A stretch of DNA of 32,000 nt from Candidatus Electrothrix sp. GW3-4 (GTDB lineage Bacteria; Desulfobacterota; Desulfobulbia; Desulfobulbales; Desulfobulbaceae), in contig NZ_CP147990.1 in assembly GCF_037902255.1 (NCBI RefSeq), forward strand, positions 750,001 to 782,000, written 5' to 3'. The notes beneath the pieces were generated by a model. It was not told the origin of the DNA, did not search any database, and saw nothing but the letters and a program-made list of their open reading frames with translations. The position numbers were made by a program, and so were the translations under genes. Positions 1-7,840 of the stretch are shown piece after piece (position 1 is the stretch's first letter; the number at the start of each line of letters is the position of its first letter).

Positions 1-734
1 ATATGAACCCGGATTTGATGGGTGCGACCTGTCTCTATCCCTATTTCTGCAAAGCAGAGACCGTTGGAAAAGGTCTCCAGGATATTCCAGACCGTTGCTG
101 CATAGCGCCCATCCGGGCGAATGGCCATTTTTTTACGATGAACCGGATGCCTGCCAATGGGAGCAACAAGACGGCCGCTGAGCTCAGCAGGGGGGCGTAC
201 GAGCAGGGCATGATAGGTCTTGCGGACCTTGCGTTCTTTAAAGGCCGCTGATAGCATGGCCTGGACCTGCTCTGTTCGGGCCACCAGTATAATACCTGAG
301 GTGTCCTTGTCTAAGCGATGGACAATACCTGGTCTGCCCCCCTCAAGGGATGCCATGTCATTATAGCGGTGGAGCAGGCCATTGACCAGGGTGTTATCAG
401 CGTGTCCAGCAGCAGGGTGAACAACAAGTCCTGGTGGTTTGTTGATGACAAGCAGGCTCTGATCTTCATAGAGCACCCCGAAATCCACAGGCTGGGCCTG
501 CGGTTCGTTTTCCGCAACAAGCGGGGGAAAATCTACCTGAACAATATCGCCAGGGTGTACGCGGTACCCTGGTTTCACCTGCTTGTCGTTCACCAGGATG
601 TGGGATGAACGTATATGTTTGCCAAGGCTGGAGCGTGAATGCTCGGAAAAATGGAGGGCCAGATAATGATCAAGGCGCATCCCGTTTTCCCGGGGCTGGA
701 TTTGGTGACGTGAAGGGGGCAGAGTGGGGGGCAA
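1..734 (-). CDS. rluD: RluD-like (RluA family) rRNA pseudouridine synthase; C-terminal end cut by the window edge
   Basis: The ORF track does not list this as a single ORF because it runs off the window. Manual minus-strand translation, in the phase of codon 318-320, gives an S4-like N-terminus (MRLDHYLALHFSEHSRSSLGKHIRSSHILVNDKQVKPGYRVHPGDIVQV). It continues with LLVINKPPGLVVHPAAGH, GIVHRLDKDTSGIILVARTEQ and IETGRTHQIRVH. HRLDxxTSG is the catalytic-Asp motif of RluA-family synthases. The start is uncertain: TTG at 734 (AGGA 5 nt upstream) or ATG at 680. Confidence 0.85.
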   Translation of the reverse strand, partial: MPPTLPPSRHQIQPRENGMRLDHYLALHFSEHSRSSLGKHIRSSHILVNDKQVKPGYRVHPGDIVQVDFPPLVAENEPQAQPVDFGVLYEDQSLLVINKPPGLVVHPAAGHADNTLVNGLLHRYNDMASLEGGRPGIVHRLDKDTSGIILVARTEQVQAMLSAAFKERKVRKTYHALLVRPPAELSGRLVAPIGRHPVHRKKMAIRPDGRYAATVWNILETFSNGLCFAEIGIETGRTHQIRVH

Positions 735-756
735 AATGGTCCTGCAATAAAAGGAA

Positions 757-1260
757 TCATTCAAAGATGCTATCGATCTGTTTTGCGACCTTGTCCTCTT
801 CAACCTTCTTGGCAAGGGAGATCTCTTTGATAAGCAGGGTCTTGGCGGTATCCATCATCTTGCGCTCACCGTAGGAAAGATCCTTGTCCCCTTTGAGCAG
901 GAGCAGGTCACGGAGGACCACGGCCACTTCAAAAACAGAACCGGTTTTTATTTTCTCCATGTAGTCGCGATATCGTCTGTTCCAGGTTTGGGAACTGACC
1001 TTGATGTCGCGATCCTTGAGGATATCAATGACTTTTTTTACTTCGTTTTTGGAAATAATAGGTCTGAGACCAACGTTCTCGCTGGTAGCGGTTGGGATCA
1101 TGATCGTCATATCATTATTAAGGATTTTGAGGACATAAAATGATTGATCAATCCCCCCGATGGTCTGCACCTCAATATCTTCAATTCGACCGACGCCATG
1201 TGAAGGGTACACTGCCATATCACCTGCCACAAACATAGTTTTACCCTTACCTTTACTCAT
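757..1260 (-). CDS. carD: CarD/CdnL-family RNA-polymerase-binding transcription regulator
   Basis: This is ORF 757-1281. The translation (MFVAGDMAVYPSHGVGRIEDIEVQTIGG...QSFYVLKI...TWNRRYRDYMEKIKTGS) fits the CarD_CdnL_TRCF family. I moved the start to ATG 1260 (MSKGKGK...), which has GGAG 5 nt upstream. Confidence 0.85.
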   Translation of the reverse strand: MSKGKGKTMFVAGDMAVYPSHGVGRIEDIEVQTIGGIDQSFYVLKILNNDMTIMIPTATSENVGLRPIISKNEVKKVIDILKDRDIKVSSQTWNRRYRDYMEKIKTGSVFEVAVVLRDLLLLKGDKDLSYGERKMMDTAKTLLIKEISLAKKVEEDKVAKQIDSIFE

Positions 1261-1323
1261 AACAACTCCGGCTGACTGCAAATTGAATACAAACTGAAAA
1301 TGACCGTAAGGAAATAAGCTTTC

Positions 1324-1352
1324 ACTATAGCATATTTTCCCCTCTTTAGCAA
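1324..1352 (-). promoter_or_regulatory. Candidate sigma70 promoter for carD: TTGCTA-N17-TATAGT with an extended -10 TGn
   Basis: The minus strand reads tccttacTTGCTAaagaggggaaaataTGcTATAGTgaa. The -35 element is at 1352-1347 and the -10 element at 1329-1324. The spacer, counted by hand, is 17 nt. The site lies about 60 nt upstream of ATG 1260. Confidence 0.45.
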
Positions 1353-1420
1353 AGTAAGGAAATTTCTGTTTGCAAAATAGGGTCCCGTTCCTGGCACAGG
1401 GACAACAAGGAGGGCGTTGC

Positions 1421-2011
1421 TCAGCGCCCGTTTATCATGTTCATGCATTGAGCCACACCCTGCTGAAGAAAGAGGCTCGTGGCCTCATGCATCAGGGCAA
1501 GGCGATCGTTGAACAGAGCAAGCTCTTCATCGGTAAAATTGGCCAGCACATAGCGGTCAACCGGTATGCCCCGGCCCTGCTCGTCGCGTTCAGGACGCCC
1601 AACGCCTATTTTAAGGCGAGAGAAGGTGGAAGTGCCAAGATGTTGGATCAGAGAACGAATGCCGTTATGTCCGCCAGCTCCGCCTTTGGCTGCCACCTTT
1701 ATCTTCCCTTTGGGAAGATCAATATCATCATAAATGACCAGGATATGTTGGAGGGGAATTTGGTAGAAATCAACAAAACGAATCACGCTCTCCCCGGATT
1801 TATTCATAAAGGTCTGGGGTTTGAGAAGTAGGACGCGCTGTCCGTTTATGCGTTCGGAACAATAGAGACCCTGCCATTTCTCCGTATTAAGCGCGCAGTT
1901 ATGTTGATCAGCAAAATCATCGACAGTGAGAAATCCTGCGTTATGGCGGGTCAGTTCGTATTTTACTCCTGGGTTGCCTAACCCGACAATCAGGTAGTGG
2001 GAATCAGCCAT
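1421..2011 (-). CDS. pth: Peptidyl-tRNA hydrolase
   Basis: This is a 196-aa ORF. The N-terminus YLIVGLGNPGVKYELTRHNAGF, followed by LLKPQTFMNKSGESV and GGHNGIRS, are the classic Pth signatures. AAGGAG lies upstream of the ATG. Confidence 0.95.
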   Translation of the reverse strand: MADSHYLIVGLGNPGVKYELTRHNAGFLTVDDFADQHNCALNTEKWQGLYCSERINGQRVLLLKPQTFMNKSGESVIRFVDFYQIPLQHILVIYDDIDLPKGKIKVAAKGGAGGHNGIRSLIQHLGTSTFSRLKIGVGRPERDEQGRGIPVDRYVLANFTDEELALFNDRLALMHEATSLFLQQGVAQCMNMINGR

Positions 2012-2206
2012 GACAGCCTACTCCTTTGCTCGTGCGTACGTCAAAATTAATCTCTTTCTTGGGGCGTCGCGAGTCTCAACACGGGGAAGAGAGAGGAACA
2101 AGGTGGGAGGTACTCAGAGAGATAAAGAAAGATAGAGACCAGCGTGTTGGATTTATTGATTAATCTTCTCCGCTAATCAGCGGAAAAGAAGCTCAGTGCC
2201 CGTAAC

Positions 2207-2240
2207 AAAAAAACCGAAAGAAAGGGATTCTTTCGGTTTT
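2207..2240 (-). terminator. Rho-independent terminator downstream of ctc
   Basis: A perfect 9-bp stem pairs ccgaaagaa (2214-2222) with ttctttcgg (2228-2236) around a 5-nt loop. On the minus-strand RNA it is followed by U7, which is the A-run at 2207-2213. It lies 27 nt after the ctc stop codon. Confidence 0.7.
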
Positions 2241-2266
2241 TAGCGAGTCGATGGCTGGAGTTGTTG

Positions 2267-2824
2267 TTATACAACAACAGCGCAGATCGTTGCCGGATTG
2301 TCCAACATCTTGACGTTTTCCGGAATGGCCAGATCGCCACAGCTCAGCCCTTCACCACCACGCTCCAGAGACGTAATGTCGGCGATGATCTCATCTGGGA
2401 CATCTAACGGACATCCTTGCAGGACCACAGAGTATTTTGAGACGGTCAAGTCACCACCCATGTCAACGCCTTTTGCTACACCTGTCAGGCGAAGATCAAC
2501 TTTAAATTTTCTGGGGCGGTCGAGGTCAATTTCCTGGAAATCAATATGGAGAACCTTTTCCTGAACAGGATCCTTTTGAATCTCGCGAACCAAAACGTGC
2601 CGTTTTTCAGCGGAATCCCCTTCGATATCCAGGCTGATAACCGCATTACGACCATGAATAAACAGCAGGTCTTTGTACAGTGTTGCTTCGTCGAATTGTA
2701 AGGCAAGGGCTTCTTCACCCTTGCTGTATACTACAGCCGGAGTCTTTTTATCGATACGTAGACGCCGTGATTCACCTTTTCCGAAAACTGTCCGAACAGC
2801 GGCCGGAATATCAACCTGAATCAT
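2267..2824 (-). CDS. rplY: 50S ribosomal protein L25 / general stress protein Ctc
   Basis: This is a 185-aa ORF. The sequence FGKGESRRLRIDKKTPAVVYSKGEE...LYKDLLFIHGRNAVISLDIEG...VLVREIQKDPV is typical of the long Ctc form of L25. AGGGGA lies upstream of the ATG. Confidence 0.9.
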   Translation of the reverse strand: MIQVDIPAAVRTVFGKGESRRLRIDKKTPAVVYSKGEEALALQFDEATLYKDLLFIHGRNAVISLDIEGDSAEKRHVLVREIQKDPVQEKVLHIDFQEIDLDRPRKFKVDLRLTGVAKGVDMGGDLTVSKYSVVLQGCPLDVPDEIIADITSLERGGEGLSCGDLAIPENVKMLDNPATICAVVV

Positions 2825-2909
2825 ATCATTCCCCTTTCTTTTATAAGAGATATAGCAAAATTATATTTTGAAATTTTCTATCGGAACTGCAATCTGAACA
2901 GCGGGCAGG

Positions 2910-3848
2910 CTACACAAAGAGATAACTGACCGAGTCTTCCGAGTGGATGCGACTGATAGCCTCACCAAGCAGCTCACCGACAGACAGCACTTTTATTTTA
3001 TCGCAGCGTTCCCCTTTATCTGCAAGGGGGATGGAGTTGGTCACCACCAATGATTTTATTTGCGAATCATTGAGGCGCTCAATAGCCGGACCAGAAAGAA
3101 CGGCATGGGCGCAGCAGGCATGCACTTCCTTGGCACCGTTTTCTTTTAATTTAGCAGCAGCACCACAGAGGGTACCCGCTGTATCGACCATATCGTCCAG
3201 CAAAACAGCTGTTTTGCCGCTGACATCACCGATAACATTCATAGCCTCGCACTCGTTGGCACGCTCGCGACGTTTATCAATAATAGCGAGGTCCGCATTA
3301 AGACGCTTGGCAAAGGCCCTGGTTCGTTCCACGCCGCCAGCATCCGGCGAGACCATAACCACATCTTCAAAATTCCGCCTGATATGTTTCAGCAAAATAG
3401 GAGCGGAATAGAGATGATCCACCGGGATATTAAAAAACCCCTGGATCTGACCAGCATGGAGATCCATGCAGAGCACTCTTCTCGTGCCCACAGCCATGAG
3501 CATCTCTGCGACAGCCTTGGCCGTAATCGGTACCCTTGGACGAACTTTACGGTCCTGCCGCGCATAACCGTAATAGGGTAGAACGGCTGTGATACGTCTG
3601 GCTGATGCCCTGCGGAGCGCATCCACCATGATCAACAGCTCCATCAGGTGATCATTGACCGGGGTACAGGTTGGCTGAATGACAAAGACATCGGTGCCTC
3701 TGACATTTTCTCCTATCTCGACAGAAACTTCACCATCACTGAACTGTTTGACTTCCGCGTTTGACAGCGGCATGTCGAGATAGTTGCAGATTTCCTGAGC
3801 AATCTCGGGATTGGCGTTGCCGGTGAACACCTTCATTATATTTGGCAT
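2910..3848 (-). CDS. prs: Ribose-phosphate pyrophosphokinase (PRPP synthetase)
   Basis: The translation contains [16 protein letters not shown]...[26 protein letters not shown]...[10 protein letters not shown]...[11 protein letters not shown]...[18 protein letters not shown]...[12 protein letters not shown]. The ORF-track start at 3854 is a TTG only 2 nt after GAGG. ATG 3848 has better spacing (8 nt), and ATG 3836 is also possible. Confidence 0.93.
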   Translation of the reverse strand: MPNIMKVFTGNANPEIAQEICNYLDMPLSNAEVKQFSDGEVSVEIGENVRGTDVFVIQPTCTPVNDHLMELLIMVDALRRASARRITAVLPYYGYARQDRKVRPRVPITAKAVAEMLMAVGTRRVLCMDLHAGQIQGFFNIPVDHLYSAPILLKHIRRNFEDVVMVSPDAGGVERTRAFAKRLNADLAIIDKRRERANECEAMNVIGDVSGKTAVLLDDMVDTAGTLCGAAAKLKENGAKEVHACCAHAVLSGPAIERLNDSQIKSLVVTNSIPLADKGERCDKIKVLSVGELLGEAISRIHSEDSVSYLFV

Positions 3849-3882
3849 TTTCAAAACCTCTATAGCATGCCTGTGTGAAAAC

Positions 3883-3957
3883 TGGCTGGGGCGGAGGGAT
3901 TCGAACCCCCGAATGCAAGGATCAAAACCTTGTGTCTTACCGCTTGACGACGCCCCA
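3883..3957 (-). tRNA. tRNA-Gln (anticodon UUG), CCA encoded
   Basis: The minus strand reads TGGGGCGTCGTCAAGCGGTAAGACACAAGGTTTTGATCCTTGCATTCGGGGGTTCGAATCCCTCCGCCCCAGCCA (75 nt). The acceptor stem is 7 bp (TGGGGCG/CGCCCCA). The anticodon stem is CAAGG/CCTTG with loop TTTTGAT, giving anticodon TTG. The T-arm is GGGGG-TTCGAAT-CCCTC. Confidence 0.93.
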
Positions 3958-3992
3958 TCCTGTTTTTCAATGCTCTGTTTTGACCAGCGCTA

Positions 3993-4928
3993 TCAAACCT
4001 CTTTTTTCGAAAGAGGGGGGACAAGATAGACCAGATCATATTTTTGCTGAAGCAGACAACGACATTGTTCGGCCTTTTTCTCAGCTTCCCGATGAAAGAG
4101 ACCAAAAACCGTTGATCCAGAACCAGACATCATTGCCCCTGCTGCTCCGCTGGCCAGTAGACGATTCTTGATGTCTTGGATGACAGGGTAGCGTTTCACT
4201 GTAACCTGTTCGAGGTCATTGAGCAAGTCGTCCGGGATGATAAACTCGGAAGTCGAAGCCCCTTTCAGAATGTTTTTCTGTCTGCTTTTTTTAGAGCAAG
4301 GAAGTGTAAACGCTTTTTGCTCCGCTGTCAATGTAATTTTTTCCGCTGCTGTGGAAAAGGCTTCATAGGCCCATTTGGTGGAGACCAGGATTCCGGGATT
4401 GACAAGCAATACTTGAAAGCCGGAGAGAGAAGGCGCAGGTATGAGGCATTCTCCGATGCCTGTAGCAAGGGCTGCCGGGAAATCATAGATAAACAGAGGT
4501 ACATCCGCGCCGATTTGTACGCCTAGTTCAGCGAGTTGTTTTGGGGAGTAGGTTGTCTTGAGTAGCTGATTGAGGCCGTTGAGTACAGCTGCTGCATCGC
4601 TGGAGCCACCACCCAGTCCAGCCGCTATCGGGATGTTTTTTTTGAGAACGATACTTACTCCCTGGCTCTGGTTACTGGTCTCCTTGAGGAAGAGTTGGGC
4701 TGCCCGAACCGCTATATTATTTGTATCATCAGGGAGCACTGCATTTAGGCAGTGGATGCGTACACCCGGCTCTGTGGTGAGGCTCAGTTCGAGTTCATCA
4801 TACAGGGTGATCTTTTGCATCAAGCTTTCAAGCTCATGGTAGCCGTCCTCCCTTTTGCCGAGGATCTTCAGGGAGAGGTTGATCTTGGCCGGGGCCAGCA
4901 GGTGGAGTCGAGGTGTTTGTTGTTCCAA
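3993..4928 (-). CDS. ispE: 4-diphosphocytidyl-2-C-methyl-D-erythritol kinase
   Basis: The sequence LLAPAKINLSLKILGKREDGYHELESLMQKITLYDELEL...NIPIAAGLGGGSSDAAAVLNGL...MSGSGSTVFGLF is the GHMP-kinase IspE pattern. The ORF-track start is GTG 4985. I prefer TTG 4928 because AAGGA lies 8 nt upstream and it leaves an 11-residue lead-in before APAKINL. The start remains uncertain. Confidence 0.88.
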   Translation of the reverse strand: MEQQTPRLHLLAPAKINLSLKILGKREDGYHELESLMQKITLYDELELSLTTEPGVRIHCLNAVLPDDTNNIAVRAAQLFLKETSNQSQGVSIVLKKNIPIAAGLGGGSSDAAAVLNGLNQLLKTTYSPKQLAELGVQIGADVPLFIYDFPAALATGIGECLIPAPSLSGFQVLLVNPGILVSTKWAYEAFSTAAEKITLTAEQKAFTLPCSKKSRQKNILKGASTSEFIIPDDLLNDLEQVTVKRYPVIQDIKNRLLASGAAGAMMSGSGSTVFGLFHREAEKKAEQCRCLLQQKYDLVYLVPPLSKKEV

Positions 4929-5110
4929 CTGAGTTGTCCTTGCTAAGATGGGCAGAGGGGGGGCTTTATTGCCATGAATTGTCACGAGACAATCTCATAA
5001 GGGATTATTCGACAAAGTACCATAGATCAAGCGTCGCTGACAAGGTCTTGGCTTCTTCCCGGGCCGTTTCTCCTCCTTGGGTCCTTGAGTTCTGGTGGAC
5101 TGGAACTTAA

Positions 5111-5158
5111 GGTTGACAGCTTGCGGATGTTATTGTAGGAGAATAATACATATTCTCC
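5111..5158 (+). promoter_or_regulatory. Candidate control region at the 5' edge of the T6SS locus: TTGACA -35-like hexamer, overlapping GG-N10-GC, and a perfect 8-bp inverted repeat
   Basis: TTGACA is at 5113-5118. GG (5111-5112), ten nucleotides, then GC (5123-5124) follow, with the sequence reading TTGC at the -12 position. This has sigma54-like spacing but a poor -24 element. The inverted repeat pairs GGAGAATA (5138-5145) with TATTCTCC (5151-5158) across a 5-nt spacer. It sits where a -10 element would fall, 72 nt upstream of ATG 5230. Confidence 0.3.
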
Positions 5159-5229
5159 AAACTCGACATAAAGTTCTCCTTTGCGCATTGTTGGAGGGGA
5201 AGAGAGGCACTGATATTGAAGAGGGCAAG

Positions 5230-6398
5230 ATGACCATCAGCTATCCCAGTATGCTGTCATATCTTCAGGCTGGACCGGGAAAAATTATTCTTCGGCTTAG
5301 TCCATCTTCATCCCGAATATCTCCTTTTTCTTTTCTTGATAATGAGCAGGATCCGCTTGCCCGTCTTGTCCAGGGGGCCTTTGTGACGGATAGCGGGGCG
5401 ACCATTAAAGAGGTCAATCTTCTGATACAACGGGATCGGATTATTTGCTCTGAAGAGGCCTTGCCCGGTTTGACCAACGTCGAGGTTGAGCATTACTGGC
5501 GGCAAGGCATGAAAATGCGGCAAGACAAGGCGCCGGAACATACCCTGCACCTGGGGATGCAGATAGATGAGCAGGGAGCGTTGCTTCCTTTTTCCTCACT
5601 TTTTTATTGCAGAAAGAGGGCGGTTTTTTTTGAGCCTCCCTGCCCAGTCTGCGGCCAAGGGCTTTTGCTCTGCCAGGATGACGCCTTGCTTCGGTCAGAG
5701 GGTTTAGTGCCGTACACGACAGGGCTCCGTCGCTATCTTTTCTGCCCCTCATGTTTTGAGAAAAAAGGTCCTCAGGTGTGGTACGCTTTGAAAAAAGAAC
5801 TCGACGACTCCGAGACAGTACATGACGCTCAGGCCCTTGTTCAGCGTTTTGGCAGGCTTGATCCTGGGGTAGCAGCAAGCAGGGACATAGATATACTGCC
5901 CTGTTTGCGTTGCCAGCAACGTGCCAGCTGTTATGGACCGCAGCAGGAAGTTCATGACCATATCTTCATCCTGGCCTTTTATCCCTTTTACATGATGCTC
6001 ATGGAGCGCGACAATCTGGATGGCTTTCATTTTCTCCGCCTAAGTAAGAACGTAAGGCGGAGCGATCAACAGGGCACGGGTCTTCCCAGGACCGCGCAGG
6101 ACGATCAGGCGGTCGGGGAAGAGTTCTCTGATCGGACTGTGCATACCCTCCTGAAGAATATTGCCCGTAAGTGGCGGCAGCAAGGACAGCAAAACTCCCC
6201 GGCCGAGCAGGCGTCCTCCCTTGCTGAAACGGTGATCCAACAGGGGGGCTGGGCGGAGACCTTCCATCTGTTGCTGAGGGGAGGCCCGCCCTGGATGAGA
6301 CGCTCCCGCTCAGCAATGCGAGGACGACGATTGAGGCCTCAGACGATTTGCATACAGAAACCGTGCTGATTACTCGTCCTGCTGACCTTGCAGAGTAA
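5230..6398 (+). CDS. Hypothetical Cys-rich (zinc-ribbon-like) T6SS-linked protein; the reading frame appears to change at a G6 run (6243-6248)
   Basis: I prefer the ATG at 5230 (GAAGAGGG upstream) to the ORF-track start at 5095. The translation contains CPVCG...(31 aa)...CPSC plus CLRCQQRASC. After G6 (6243-6248) the listed frame becomes Arg-rich (WMRRSRSAMRGRRLRPQ) and ends at 6369. The -1 frame instead gives an acidic, linker-like sequence (GRPALDETLPLSNARTTIEASDDLHTETVLITRPADLAE) ending at TAA 6396-6398. I recognise no family. Confidence 0.5.
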
Positions 6399-6404
6399 AG
6401 TATC

Positions 6405-6557
6405 GTGCAGACCTCCACGGTTTTGCTCTCCGATTCAGCGGCATCCGCTGCTCCTGAGAGAAGACCTGATGAGCAGACCTCGGCAGAAAAGAGGAGCGCT
6501 GTTCAGGAGGATGAGTTGGCGGAAACCATTCTTCTGCGAGCGGATAAAGAGAAATGA
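6405..6557 (+). CDS. Short acidic linker-like ORF (GTG start); possibly a continuation of the preceding gene
   Basis: This ORF is in the same frame as the 6228-6398 segment and begins just after the in-frame TAA. It translates as VQTSTVLLSDSAASAAPERRPDEQTSAEKRSAVQEDELAETILLRADKEK. Its TGA (6555-6557) overlaps the next ATG (6554) as ATGA, an arrangement typical of translational coupling. The ORF-track alternative at 6388-6594 is Arg-rich and looks out of frame. Confidence 0.25.
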   Translation: MQTSTVLLSDSAASAAPERRPDEQTSAEKRSAVQEDELAETILLRADKEK

Positions 6558-7300
6558 ACTGCCCCGAATTGACGGACTTGGTGCAAGGGGTTAAGGCGAT
6601 CTCTGCCAGGGGATCAGGCCGGAATGCCGATGTTCAGGCCTCTCTTGAGACATATCTGCTCCGGGAGCTCCGTTACCTTGAGCAGGGACAACGGCAAGAG
6701 GTGATAGAGCAACTGATAGAGTGTTTTGCTGGTCAGCATTCCGAAGTCCAGCCTGTTGCCCAGGACAATGATAAGGACTTTCTCCACTTCTGCTCCCTTC
6801 TTCTCGGCTATCGGCTTGAGAACGGTGAGCTGGCGACTGAGGAACTGCAGCAGCAGTTGAACAAGGCCCTTACCTCTGTTTTTGAAACCATCAACCGGCT
6901 TATCAGGACGGTCAATATGACCCTGATTGACGATGGGCGCACGGAGGAGACCATCCGTTTTCTTATCAGCGAACAGCTGGACAGCGGTTCGGCAAGCGTT
7001 TCGCTGGAAGAGCATCTTGATCAGATCAGAACCGCCTTTGTCACTTCGCACCGTGCTTTTAAAAGGGCCGTGCAGGTGACGGTGGAGAAAATCCTGACGG
7101 AACTCGATCCAGAGGTCTTGGCAAAAACAGCAGATACCGGTTTGAAATTCGGGCCGTTGCGCAAGGCCGAGGTTTTTGAGCAGTATAACAGGACCTTTGC
7201 AGAATTCCGACATTGGTTTGACAGCGGACGATGCATGGAGGATTTTCTTCGCTCGTTTGAGCAACAATATTCAGAAATACTACGACAAACTCGGAGGTAG
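6554..7300 (+). CDS. TagH (ImpI/VasC) C-terminal-domain-like T6SS protein without an FHA domain
   Basis: This is a 248-aa ORF. The segment LDQIRTAFVTSHRAFKRAVQVTVEKILTELDPEVLAK...KAEVFEQYNRTFAEFRHWF...EDFLRSFEQQYSEILRQ resembles, from memory, the conserved C-terminal region of T6SS FHA proteins, which ends with an F..AYeeQ-like motif. The gene lies immediately upstream of tssJ. Confidence 0.55.
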   Translation: MNCPELTDLVQGVKAISARGSGRNADVQASLETYLLRELRYLEQGQRQEVIEQLIECFAGQHSEVQPVAQDNDKDFLHFCSLLLGYRLENGELATEELQQQLNKALTSVFETINRLIRTVNMTLIDDGRTEETIRFLISEQLDSGSASVSLEEHLDQIRTAFVTSHRAFKRAVQVTVEKILTELDPEVLAKTADTGLKFGPLRKAEVFEQYNRTFAEFRHWFDSGRCMEDFLRSFEQQYSEILRQTRR

Positions 7301-7304
7301 TCAT

Positions 7305-7832
7305 TTGAAAAAAAACAGCCTTTTTTTTGTTCTGCTTTTTCTCCTTTTCTTCTCAGGCTGCGCAGAGCGGCTCCCTGAGCAACCCACAGGGCCTGAATGG
7401 ACCTACGAGAAGGATGCCGTCAGTCTGCGCATCAAGGCCGATCCTTTGCTCAACGTCATTGACGGAGAACCGCATACCCTGATGCTTTGCCTCTACCAAT
7501 TGCGCGACAAGTCAATGTTTGAACAGCTCTCCGGCAATGAGGACGGGATTTATCAGCTGCTGGACTGTGAAGCCTTTGATAGCAGTGTGAATATGGCCAA
7601 GCGGCTTATTGTCCACCCTGGTCAGGATATGACCATTGTCACCGATCGACTTGCCGGAACACAACATCAGGGGATCGTTGCTGGCTATTACACCCTGCAG
7701 AAAGAGCGGATGATACGGGCCATTGACATTTCCACCATCCTTTCACAAGAGGAGAACGCCTATCTGGTGGACAGACTGAACCTGGTTGTCAATCTCGGTT
7801 CGGAACAGATAGCCGCTATCAGGAAAAACTGA
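7305..7832 (+). CDS. tssJ: T6SS outer-membrane lipoprotein TssJ
   Basis: The start is TTG 7305, with GGAGG 7 nt upstream. The signal peptide and lipobox read LKKNSLFFVLLFLLFFSGC. The body (LMLCLYQLRDKSMFEQL...GIVAGYYTLQKE) fits the SciN/VasD fold pattern. The position before tssK also supports the call. Confidence 0.8.
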   Translation: MKKNSLFFVLLFLLFFSGCAERLPEQPTGPEWTYEKDAVSLRIKADPLLNVIDGEPHTLMLCLYQLRDKSMFEQLSGNEDGIYQLLDCEAFDSSVNMAKRLIVHPGQDMTIVTDRLAGTQHQGIVAGYYTLQKERMIRAIDISTILSQEENAYLVDRLNLVVNLGSEQIAAIRKN

Positions 7833-7840
7833 GGAGTCAG

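Noticed and set aside
3-608. Plus-strand ORFs 3-251 and 318-608.
   Set aside because: The opposite strand encodes a clear RluA-family pseudouridine synthase (HRLDKDTSG, RTHQIRVH) across the same bases. The plus-strand translations have no family features.
2012-2206. A roughly 195-nt untranslated spacer between the ctc terminator and pth. It contains a second 9-bp hairpin (2164-2187, cttctccgc/gcggaaaag with one G-U pair) and a roughly 60-nt purine-rich tract (2083-2140, CT-rich on the transcribed strand). It could be a possible sRNA or leader.
   Set aside because: I recognise no conserved riboswitch or leader structure, found no convincing promoter hexamers, and saw no U-tract after the second hairpin. 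It cannot be supported as an RNA gene from sequence alone. RNA-seq would settle it.
5095-5229. N-terminal extensions implied by the ORF track at 5095 (Cys-rich gene), 7176 (tssJ), 30319 (DUF3540-like), 1281 (carD) and 4985 (ispE).
   Set aside because: The track takes the longest ORF from any ATG, GTG or TTG. Internal starts with Shine-Dalgarno motifs at proper spacing give sensible N-termini and avoid long overlaps with upstream genes. An example is the signal peptide with lipobox for TssJ.
3883-5229. tRNA-Gln as the integration site of a horizontally acquired T6SS island.
   Set aside because: ispE lies between the tRNA and the T6SS locus. No integrase or recombinase is present, and I noticed no direct repeat of the tRNA 3' end. 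The core T6SS genes also have the same GC-rich look as the housekeeping block.
6388-6594. A 68-aa ORF (MQSKVSCRPPRFCSPIQRHPLLL...) bridging the Cys-rich gene and the TagH-like gene.
   Set aside because: Its Arg/Pro/Cys-rich composition looks like an out-of-frame reading of an acidic region. The phase-0 reading of the same bases is acidic, carries the recurring T-[VI]-L-[IL] motif, and ends in an ATGA junction with the next gene.
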